Part shown: positions 12,752 to 24,128 of the stretch, piece after piece
Numbering within the stretch: position 1 is the first letter of the stretch
How the letters are laid out: each line of letters opens with the position of its first letter
Assembly: GCF_036365525.1 (NCBI RefSeq)
Contig: NW_027141646.1
Coordinates: 558,001-622,000, forward strand
Direction of reading: 5' to 3'
Source of the DNA: Heterodontus francisci
Taxonomy: Eukaryota
Length of the DNA stretch: 64,000 nt
Program-made: the position numbers and the translations under genes
Notes under the pieces: model-generated
Seen by the model: the letters and a program-made list of their open reading frames with translations, nothing else
The model's database searches: none
What the model was told of the DNA's origin: nothing

Positions 12752-13672
12752 TGCGACAGGTTTGCGGCTGCCTGCAATGAATTTGGCCCGACCATCAGCC
12801 TCAAGAAAACAAACATCATGGGGCAGGATGTCAGAAATGCTCCATCCATCAATATTGGCGACCACGCTCTGGAAGTGGTTCAAGAGTTCACCTACCGAGG
12901 CTCAACTATCACCAGTAACCTGTCTCTAGATGCAGAAATCAACAAGCGCATGGGAAAGGCTTCCACTGCTATGTCCAGACTGGCCAAGAGAGTGTGGGAA
13001 AATGGCGCACTGACACGGAACACAAAAGTCCGAGTGTATCAGGCCTGTGTCCTCAGTACCTTGCTCTATGGCAGCGAGGCCTGGACAACGTATGTCAGCC
13101 AAGAGCGACGTCTCAATTCATTCCATCTTCGCTGCCTCCGGAGAATACTTGGCATCAGGTGGCAGGACCGTATCTCCAACACAGAAGTCCTCGAGGCAGC
13201 CAACATCCCCAGCTTGTACGGCGCTTGAGATGGCTTGGCCATGTGAGCCACATGGAAGATGGCAGGATCCCCAAATACACATTTTACAGCGAGCTCGCCA
13301 CTGGTATCAGACCCACCGGCCGTCTATGTCTCCGCTATAAAGACGTCTGCAAACGCGACATGAAATCCTGTGACATTGATCACAAATCGTGGGAGTCAGT
13401 TGCCAGCGTTCGCCAGAGCTGGCGGGCAGCCATAAAGACGGGGTAAAATGTGGTGAGTCGAAGAGACTTAGTAGTTGGCAGGAAAAAAGACAGAGGCGCA
13501 AGGGGAGAGCCAACTGTGCAACAGCCCGAGAAACAAATTTCTCTGCAGCACCTGTGGAAAAGCCTGTCACTCTAGAATTGGCCTTTATCGCCACTCCAGG
13601 CGCTGCTTCACAAACCACTGACCACCTCCAGGCGCGTATCCATTGTCTCTCGAGATAAGGAGGCCCAAAATA
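12752..13672 (+). mobile_element. 5'-truncated RTE-clade LINE
   Basis: ..TISLKKTNIMGQD..LEVVQEFTYRGS..DAEINKRMGKAS..TKVRVYQACVLSTLLYGSEAW..RLRWLGHV..; absent from the duplicate (empty site gagtgt|acagtg at ~60230). Confidence 0.9.
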
Positions 13673-13689
13673 TACAGTGAATAGTGGAA

Positions 13690-14000
13690 TCAAGATCTCG
13701 GGCGCACAGTTTCAGAATAAGGGATCTCCCATTTCTGACGGAGTGAAGGAGGAATTTCTTCTCTCAAAGCGTCATTATTCTTTGGAATTCTCTACCTCAG
13801 AGAGCAGTAGAGGCTGAGTTGTTAAATATATTAAAGGATGAGTTAAACGTTTGATCTCCATGGGAGTAATGTGTTCTGGGAGAAGGCAGGATAATGGAGC
13901 TGAATCCACGATCAGATCAGCCATAATCTTATTGAACTGTGGATCAGATTCGAGAGACTGAATGGCCTACTCCTGCTCCTACTTCTTAGGTTCTTATGTT
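13690..14000 (+). mobile_element. CR1-like LINE 3' end
   Basis: ggaggaatttcttctctca..tggaattctctacctcagagagcagt..aatggcctactcctgctcctacttctta. Confidence 0.75.
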
Positions 14001-14244
14001 ATAATGTCAGATTGAAATAGAAACCTGATCTGCACAAACATCCCTCAGGTAGTCCCAATCTTGGAGAAGTGCAGATGTTGGCTTGTTTCTGGATGTCACT
14101 AAATTGTTGTAAATCGGCAAAAACACCTGGTCAGCAGATGCTGAGATCTGCAGTGAAATCAGACACTGACATTCTTTGTATTTCTGGTGAGTATTTGTGG
14201 TTAGTAATAATGATTATTAATTGAAATGTTACATTTATCTCTTT

Positions 14245-14360
14245 AATAAAAGCAAAATACTGCCGGTGCTGGAAATGTGAAATAGAAACAAGAAATGTTG
14301 GAACCACTCAGCGGTCTGGCAGCATCTGCGGAAAGGAAGCAGAGTTAACATTCCGGGTCA
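14245..14360. mobile_element. Penelope-like repeat fragment flanked by a ~42-bp direct duplication
   Basis: taaaagcaaaatactgc..tgctggaaatgtgaaata..; gtaataatgattattaattgaaatgttacatt..atctcttt repeated at 14203 and 14361; single copy with no insert at ~60761. Confidence 0.6.
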
Positions 14361-14460
14361 GTAATAATGATTATTAATTGAAATGTTACATTAATCTCTT
14401 TTCTAGCTTCTACCTCAACTGATCTTCAGTTACAAGAGATATTGTTCTTCCTTTCTGCAG

Positions 14461-14718
14461 GCAAATACTTCAAGGGAACAGAATGAATGTGATGATTCCC
14501 AGGCACAAGGAAATGTACATTCAGCTCCATACAACACAGAGTAGGTTTGTTATCACTCCCAGAGGCCATCTGTTAATTCCAGAGTCACATGGAGCAGAAG
14601 TAGTCAAACTCTCACTGATCCCAAGTTCAGAGTCACATTTTCAATCCAGCAATCAAACAAAGCAGAAGAGAAAGACATTGTTTCCAATCCATTCCAATTC
14701 TGTACTGCTGAATGTTAG
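14461..14718 (+). other. Exon-like block of the repeated unknown unit (copy A)
   Basis: gttcttcctttctgcag acceptor and ttag|gtacat donor; homologous to four other blocks. Confidence 0.5.
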
Positions 14719-14844
14719 GTACATCAATCTCAATTCAAAAGCACACCCACTATCAGATTGAAAGACACTATATCAATCTCACAAGAGAGACACATCCTGG
14801 AGACAGTAAAATAGAGACTGAATCTCACCCTCACATACCTGAAA

Positions 14845-15330
14845 CTGTGTCCAGTTCTGGTCACCTCATTACAGTAAGGATATAATTGCACTAGAGAGGG
14901 TACTGAGGAAATTTCCGAGGATGTTGCCAGGACTGAAAAAATGCAGCTGTGAGGAAAGATTGGAAAGGCTGGGATAATTCTCTTTGGAACAGTGAAGGCT
15001 GAGGGAAGAGCTGATTGAAATGTACAGAATTTTGAGGGACCTGGACAGAGTGGAGGTGAAGGGTCTGAACAGAGAGGTCATTGACGAGGGCCATAGATTT
15101 AAAGTGATTGGTAGAAAAATTAGAGGGGCGATGAGGGAAAGAAAATCACCCAGAGGTTGTTGGGGGTCTGGAACTCACTGCCTGAAAGGATAGTTGAGGC
15201 AGGAACCCTCAACTGGTTCAAAAGTACTCTGAGTATGCACCTCAAGTGCCATAAGCTACAGGGTTCAGGACCAAATGAAGGTGGGATTAAGTGACCTCTT
15301 TCTGTGCCTTAAACTTTCTATGATTCTATG
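14845..15330 (+). mobile_element. CR1-like LINE 3' fragment
   Basis: VQFWSPHY..IIALERV.., tctggaactcactgcctgaaagg, tail tttctatgattctatga. Confidence 0.8.
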
Positions 15331-18300
15331 AAACTGATGATTTAAAAAAACATACCCATATACAGTAAACAGACAGACAGAGTAAAATTCACATTTACAA
15401 ATTATTAACGAGTTAAAGTAAAGATTAAAACCTCTAGCCACAGAAGGGAGACTGACAGCTCCAGAGAAGAAAATAAAACCACTCACATGCAAGAGACTGT
15501 CAGATCGAGAATAACACCAGAGTCACCTAACTGAAACTGCAGTTACCACGCAAGACACATGGACACATACCAGGGACTGAGAGGGACAAAGAAAAATCAA
15601 TTCTCCAATAAGAGAAATTGAATGAGAGGAATAACACACATACTTGTGTAGTAGACATTGATAGCTGCAGAAAAAAAGAAAATGTGCACACACACCTATC
15701 AGGAACTGTAAGCTGCAGATTAAAACACACAGACCAAAAATAGAAAGGTTCAGAGAAAAGCCCCATATCACACACTAGAGCTTGAAAGATACAGAATAAA
15801 CCCACAGTGTTATATCTTAACTTTACAGGTACAGCTTAAAAGTGACACATACCAGAAACCAACTGGTGCAAAGTAAAACTCACTCAAGTAACAGAAACTG
15901 AAAGGTAAAGATCAAAAAACAGAATCACATACAGAAAATGGCAGGTATAGAATAAAACAACAGTCACATATTGGAAGTTGGCAGGTGGGGGGGGGGGGTG
16001 GCGGAGGATCGGGGGGGGGAACACCTTCATGTTCCATAAACTGACAGTTACAGAGTAAAATAAACATTCATATACTATCAATGGACAGGTGCAGAATTAA
16101 CATCTCATTCACTTAACAGAAGCTAAAAGGTGCTGCAGAAAGCACATAATCAAATTCCAAAGATTGAAAGATACAGAATAAACCCACATTCACACACCAG
16201 AAACTGACAGGAACAGAACCCACATTCCATTCACAGAAACAGATAGGGACAGAACAAAGGCAACAATCACATCCCAGAAACTGACAGGAGCAGAACCCAC
16301 ATTCCATTCACAGAAACAGATAGGGACAGAACAAAGGCAACAATCACATACCAGAAACTGACAGGAGCAGAACCCATATTCCATTCACAGAAACGGATAG
16401 GGACACAACAAAGGCCACAATCACATACCAGAAACTGACAGGAACAGAACCCACATTCCTTTCACAGAAAGGGTCAGAACAAAGGGCGCAATCACATACC
16501 AGAAACTGACAGGGAAAGATAAAACACTTCACACATTTCAGAAAGTAACAGGTGCAGAATAACTGCCTCCCTCACATATGAGAAACTGACAGTGACAGAT
16601 TGATACCCATACTCGCATACTGGAAAATAACAGGTAAAGATTAAAATCTACATTTACATATCAGAAAATAGCAAATGCAGTATAAAAGCCACACTCAACT
16701 ACCAGAGAATGACAGACACAGAGTGAAATCCACAGTGAATGCCAAGAAATTTTCTGGAAGAGAGTGAAAATCTCTCATCCATAACTGACAGGTACAAAGA
16801 AAACCCAACACTTGCCCTTCACACACTGACAGATACAGAATAAAACAAAAATAATTAAGATGATTGATATACCAAATACTGACAGATACAGACTAAAACT
16901 CAAAGTCACTTTTATAAACTGACAGATACAGAATAAATTCAGCAGTCACAGACCAGAGAATTAAATGTACAAAGTAAACCTCACAGACACATGTCAGAAA
17001 CTGACATGTACAGATTAAAAATCACACTCACATTCTAGAGAATGTAGAGATGTGGTGTACAATCCACACTCAAAAGCCAGACTGAAACACGTACTTGTAT
17101 ACCAGAACATGACATATACAGGTTAAAAACCAGACCTGCACATTAGAAATTTAAATGCACAGGTTAAAACTTAAATTTACAAACCAGACAATCAAAGATA
17201 AAGAGTAAACAGCACTCATATACAAGTGAGTGTTAGATTAACAGTCAAACCCACATTCACATGCAATAAACTGAGGGGCACAAGTTCAAGACACACAAAC
17301 AAACATCAGAAACTGGAAGATACAGAATAAAACGTTTCTCACATAAAACAAAGTGACAGGTACAGATAAACCCACACTCAAAATCAGAAACTGACAGAGA
17401 TAAACTATAGACGAGGGATTAAGAGCTATCGAGTGAAACTTACACCCGTATCCAAGGAACTGAATAATACAGCAAAAGAAGTGAAAACAAACACTCACCC
17501 ACTAGAAAATATAACTGCACTAACATATAGAAACTGACAGGCATGAAGCAAACCCACTCACCCACAATACGGAAAAACACAACAGAGACTGAGAGACATG
17601 AAAGAAAAGCTACACACAAATACCAGAAAGTGACAATTACAGTTCCATACTGCAAAGTACAAAGGAAGCAAGGTAAAAAAACAACACTCACGATTCTGAG
17701 TTAGACTGATGTGGAGTAAAATCTAGATGCAAATACCAGAGTTTGACTGGTACAGCTATAAATCTGAATCACATAAGAAAGTGAGAGGTGCAGAGTAAGC
17801 CCCACAAACAGGGATCAGTATGTAACTGGTACAAAGTAAAATTCAAACCAACTTTTCAGAAACAGACAGGTAATGAGAAGAAAAAGACACAAACACAAAT
17901 ACCAGAGTATGAGGGTTACAGAGTAAAACCCATGCTTGTTTTTCAGGAATTGCCATGTACAGATTTAAAAACCTCTCATTCACATTAAAAACTTACAGAC
18001 ACAAAGGAAATCCCACACTCACACGTCAGAGACTGACAAATACTCAGAAAAAAACCTTAAAAACAGAGACTGACAGGAACAGGATTGAGCATACCATCAA
18101 GATAAACAAATGGCAGTTTCAGCATAAATCACAAATTCCCACTGCAGAGACTGACATGAACAGAGTTAAATGAACACCTATTGAGCAGAAATTAACAATC
18201 ATCCTTTAAATGTACAGTCACAGAATAGAAACTGTCAGGTCAAGGCCGAAGTAGATTCACGGAACAAATTGAAATATGGAATGTGAGCCTCATACTCAAA

Positions 18301-18874
18301 TACCAGAAGCTAATAGGTACACAGTAAAACTGATAATGACATACCAGACACACATAGACAGAGAAAAACAATATCACATCACAGAATCTGACAAGTAGAG
18401 AATAAAATGTATAGTAGCATATCAGAGATTGACAGGAAAAGCCCTACCATAAAGCAACAGGTACAGAATAATGGCCACACTGACAAGTGTGATTTTGATA
18501 GGTACAGGGGAAACGTTACACTCACCAGAGACATGCAGAGACAGAATAAAACCCACATAGACATAAAGAAACTCAGAGGTACATAGCAAAATCCACATTC
18601 AGATGCCAGAAACAGACAGGGAAAGTAAAACATATACTCACAAATCATGCACAGACAAATACAGAGTAATAGCAGCATTCACATTACAGAGACTGACAGA
18701 TGCAGGTTAAAATCCACAATCAATTACCACAAACAAAAAGGTACAGAATAAAACAGATATTTGCATTGCAGTAAATGACAACACGCTGGGTAAAATCCAC
18801 ATTCACACATCAGAAATGAAAGGGTGAAGAGTGATCCCACATTCACTCGCCAGAATAAAGAAGGTACAGTGTAA

Positions 18875-19085
18875 ATGAAAACAGAAAATGCTGGAAATAC
18901 TCTGCAAGTCTGGCAGCACCTGTGGAGAGAGGGAGACTGTTCACATTTCAGATCAATGATGAAAGGCCATTGACCTGAAAGGTGAACTCTGTTTCTGTCT
19001 CCACAGATGTTGGCAGGCCTGCTGAGTGTTTACAGCATTTTCTGTTTTTAAATTCCAGCATTCACAGTATTTTCCTTTGTATTAT
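18875..19085. mobile_element. Penelope-like repeat in head-to-head arrangement with a degenerate hammerhead motif
   Basis: aaaacagaaaatgctggaaatactc.. and its reverse complement flank tgatgaaaggccattgacctgaaa. Confidence 0.55.
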
Positions 19086-19654
19086 GTGCAATGTAAAGAG
19101 CTTTCTGCTATTCCAGAAATTGACAAGGACAAAACAATACTCATTCACATATAACAGATCGTGAGAGATTCAAACCAAAACCACTGTTCACATCAGCAGA
19201 AACTGACAGGTACATGACAAAACCAGCACATACATACCAGAAGCTGATAGATACATAATAAAACCCACACTCACATCAGAAGTTGGCAGGTAGATTGAAG
19301 CACGTGCTCATACATCGGATACTGACAGAAAAGAGTTAAAATCACACTCACATCAGAAGTAGACAGGTACAGTGGAAAACCCACATCTGTTTATCAGTAA
19401 TTGACAGATACAGAGAAAAACCCACAGTCACATTCCACATTCTGAGATAAAGAATAAATCCTTCACTATCATACCATACAAAGAGGGACAGATATTTGGA
19501 CAGATCTAGATGTGTAAGAGTTCCTTCATTGTTCCATAAATATAAACAAACAGATCCTGTCTTTCAGAGAGACAGATGGAGAATGACTTCCACACTCATA
19601 AAGTACCAGTGATGAACAGATACAGAACAAATGTTATTCATATACACACCTTTA

Positions 19655-20290
19655 TGATTATTTGAAGTGTATGTTTATGGGATGTGAGCATCTGTAGAAA
19701 GGAGAGTAATTGTTGTCCATCTCTCATTGCCCTTTAGAAGATGGTGTCGAGTGGCCTTCTTGCTCCCTCCAGTCTTTGTATTGTAGGTACACCCAAAGTG
19801 GTGTTAGGTAGGGAGTTGCAGAATTTGGACTGAATGATGATGCAGGAATGGTGTTATATTTTCAAGCCAGGATGACATATGAACTGGAGATGAACTTGCA
19901 GGTGGTAATGTTTTCATACATTTGCTGCCCATGTTCTACTTGGTAGCAGATGTCGGGGGTTTGGAAGGTGCTGTTTCATGGTGCTTCCTCAGGTTGATGC
20001 AGTATATCTTGTAGATGGTACACACTGTGCACTGGTGGTGGAGGGAGTAAATGATTAATCTGGTGAATGGTAAACCAATCAAGCCTGCTGCTTTGTCCTG
20101 GATGGTATAGAGTTTCTTGAGTGCTGTTTGGGGTGCACACATCCAGGCAACTGGGGAGTAATCCATCAGACTTCTGACTTGTGGCTTGTAGGTGATGGAA
20201 AGTCTTTAAGGAGTTAGGACATGAGTTACTAACCACAGAATATCCGGCTTCTGACCAGCTTTTGAAGCCATAGTGGTAATATGGCAAGAA
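19655..20290 (-). mobile_element. Degenerate LINE 3' fragment (L2/CR1 group)
   Basis: MDYSPVAWM..LYTIQDKAAGLIG..SLHHQCTV..IYKI on the minus strand. Confidence 0.7.
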
Positions 20291-22223
20291 AAGAATAAAT
20301 CCTGCAGTCATTTCCCGTAAAGTAACATGCACAGAATAATGGACATATGAAACAAGATAGTGACAGGCCTAGGACACAAGTCACAATCACTGATCATAGG
20401 CTTGTGGATACAGAATAAAACCCACAATCACATACCAGTAACTGAGAGATACATAGTAAAATCCACATTCATATGTCAGGAACAGAAAGGGAAAGTTAAA
20501 TACTTGCTGACAAATCTGACACAGACAGACACAGAGTAATAGCAACATTCACATTCCAGAGACTGACAGATATAGAGTAAAAGCTCCGATCAATTCCAAG
20601 ACACAAACAGGTACAGAATAAAATACATACTTGCTTTGTAGTAACTGACAGATACAGAATAAAATCCACATTCACATATCAGAAACTGACAGGTGAAGAG
20701 TAAAAGACACAGTAACATGTCACAAACTGACAGATAGAGGGTGATCTCACATTCACTTGCCAGAATATAAAAGGTAAAGAATTAAAATCTTTCTTCCAGA
20801 CCAGAAACGGACTGCACAGAATAAAGGAGCGACTTACATTGCAGTAACTGACCAGAACAGAGGAAAATCCATATTCACATGTCAGAAACTGACAGGAACA
20901 GAAAGAACACACACACACATCCCAGAAATTGGCACACAGAATAAAATTCACATGCCCATCTCAGATAATAACTTTACAGATGAAAATCCAGAATCATACA
21001 GCAGAGAGTGAGATGTTCAACTAAACCCAGCTTCTGACACGTGAGGCTAACACACACAGAGCAAAAACAATGCTCATGTCACATACCAGAAACAGGCAGA
21101 TGCAGATCACAACCCACACTCACATATCAGATACTGGCAGTTACAGTGTAAAATAACTCTTAATGATCAATGACTCGGATGCGATTCCGTCCACATTCAT
21201 TCATCAGAAACTTACAGATACAAATAATAAACAGTACTGACATAAAACAGATTGACAGGAACAGGTTAAAACCCACCCTCATATATAGATGTTTGATAGG
21301 TACAGAATATAGTCGAGGCCTCCAAACCAGAGACTGACATGTCGAGTGAAAACCAGACTCACCTGTCATCAATTAACATGTGCAGTGTAAAGCTACACAA
21401 ACATATTACTGACTAACATGTACAGAGGGAAAATCAAACAACCTTCCAGATCAGAAACTGACAGGCACAGATTAAACTCCAAATTCACATATCGGACACT
21501 AACAAAGAGAAAGGCCCAGAAACCCATTAGCACAGCTTCAATAATTAATAAGTACATTATTTAGAAACCCCGTTGGTGCAGGAACCCTCAGTCTCAATCT
21601 TTAACACCACACACTGAAAATCTACACTCCGCTTTTGTCTCCCACGAATCGGGACCAATTTATAATGTGTGATGTGTTTTTTTTAACATTGATCTGAAAT
21701 GTATCCGGTTACAGAATGCTGTGAATGAGGCTTTTTGCCTGCCGGTTACAGACTGTTTCAAAACAGGACAGAAAATGAAGCTGAATAGATGCTGGATTGG
21801 AAAAGCGAATCTGGAACTTGTGAGAAAATGTGAAATAATACAATATGGGGGATATTTTTACATCCCTGTCGTAAGGCTATATGATCTAATAACTTGATAT
21901 GCAGTGAAGCCGCTTCTTGTTTTAGAATTCTGTTGGCGGGCTTTTCAAATTTGAAAAAGAAACGGTTTGGAGTCTGCGAATCCGGCGCGGTTATTTTCTG
22001 CCTTATTAACGTGATGTCTCTGGATTGGTGAACTAAGCAACTATCTGATTGGTAACATGAACAACACAATGAGAAGCTGCACAGAGTGACCAATCACCAG
22101 TGTCCTCACTATCATTCATCCAGAAGGGATAAGTGGGTGGATTTGATCATTCTTCCTCAACTGTTTTGTAATGTAATTTTTATAGATTTTTGTGAATAAA
22201 GTATATTTTTGGGGGCAAAAATA

Positions 22224-22487
22224 GTGTCTGGAAGAGGGAAGACCGGTGGCAAAGCTCGGGGCAAGGCCAAGTCTCATTCCTCCTGGGTTGGATTGCAGTT
22301 CGCGGTGGGCCGTGTTCACTGGCTCCTGAGAAATAGGGAACTCTGCTAAGCGTGTGGGTGTCGGAACCCCGGTCTATCTGGCTGCTCTGCTCGAGTCTCT
22401 GACAGCTGAAATCCTCGAGCTGGCCGGTAACGCGGCCCGGGACAACAACAAGAAGTCCCGCATCATCCCCAGCCAACTCCAGCTGGC
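22224..22487 (+). pseudogene. H2A: Histone H2A pseudogene (ATG>GTG, indels, 3' third deleted and fused to the stem-loop at 22493-22508)
   Basis: gtgtctggaagagggaagacc..[34 protein letters not shown]..cagctggc|ccaaaggctcttttcagagac. Confidence 0.92.
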
Positions 22488-22848
22488 CCAAAGGCTCTTT
22501 TCAGAGACACCCACTTTATCTGTGAAAGGGCTGGTACCTGTCTGAGAGACGGCAATTTTATAATGCAAGCGCTGCTTTGTGTTGGTATGATTCGGGATTT
22601 AGCCGCTTGCCACAGGAGATATTTGTCAGGCATTTTAACAATTCCAGCGTTTCTGCACAAATAAAGCTTTTGTTGAGTCCTAAAATGATCGCCCGTCTAA
22701 TAAAATGATCTGTGCACATTGGTATCGCTGCTCTGGACCACATTTCTCTGATAACAGGTGATCGCAGCTCTTTGTTTTGCCGATTTGGTGGCTTTTAAAA
22801 GAGCCGTTGTGTTATTTGATGCCAAACTCAGTTCGGGGCAGGGTGAGT

Positions 22849-23316
<468 letters not shown>

Positions 23317-23702
23317 CTATTTAAGACAGTAGAGGGACCGCACTAGTGTTGTGATTGGATGCAGCCCCGTCCATCAGTCAAGTTTGAAACCAGCTCTGGG
23401 AAGGAAAAGGGCGGCGGGAAATGCCCCTCTCTGACTGGTTGAAATGTAACTGAAATGTAATCGAACTCAAAAAGCCCGCCAATTTCAGATAGCAAAACAA
23501 GGCAAAGATTTTAAAAAACCCTAATTTGGCGGGAAGAATTATGAAATCTGACTCCTTGCAGCTTCATTTATTTCGTCCGAGATCCCCCACTGCCTTACAG
23601 CTCGGTTTGACTCGGCCCTCACGAATACATTATCACTTGCAGCCGTTTCATTCATAACGCGCTGAATCAACATGGAACTGAAACACACAGTAAAGCAACG
23701 CG

Positions 23703-24128
23703 ACAGAGTTGGGTATCTGTTGCATGAATCACAAAAAGTTAGTATGCACGGACAACATGAGTTTAGGAAGACAAATGGAATGATGTCAGTTATTGCAAGG
23801 GGAATGGACTATTAAAGTAAGGAAGATTTGCTACAGTTGTCCAGGGTATTGGTGAGACTGCAGCTGTAATGCTGTGTAGTTTTGGTCTCCTTACTGATGA
23901 AAGCACAGAAATTGCATTAGAAGCAGTTCAGAGAACGTTCACTCGACTGATCGCTGGGATGAAGGGGTTATCTTCTGGGAAATGGTTGGACAGGTTGGCC
24001 TGTATCCATTAGAGTTAAGGAGAATGTGAAGTGATCTTGTTGAAATCCATAAGATCTTGAGAGCACTTGGCAGGGTGGATACTGAGAGGATGTTTCCCCT
24101 TATGAGAGAGACGAGAACCAGGAACACA
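23703..24128 (+). mobile_element. CR1-like LINE fragment truncating the third histone copy
   Basis: RKTNGMMSVIARGM.., ALEAVQRTFTRLI, atgtttcccctt. Confidence 0.75.

Larger units (their letters stand above)
15335..21510 (+). repeat. Long degenerate ~39-41-bp tandem array with a young 77-bp dimer at ~16190-16510 and a ~330-bp internal duplication (18542-18870 vs 20411-20780)
   Basis: Recurring cacataccagaaactgacaggtacagaataaaacccacatt-like monomers. Confidence 0.85.

Noticed and set aside
14483-14761. 92-aa ORF conserved at 60883-61161 as a protein
   Set aside because: Conservation is explained by the recent segmental duplication; the frame is broken in the more diverged homologs at 1457 and 29538
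15986-16019. G-run / G-quadruplex
   Set aside because: Single low-complexity tract with no supporting context
16113-16532. Cys-rich minus-strand ORFs resembling metallothionein or keratin-associated proteins
   Set aside because: Translations of the 77-bp tandem repeat, whose period is not a multiple of 3
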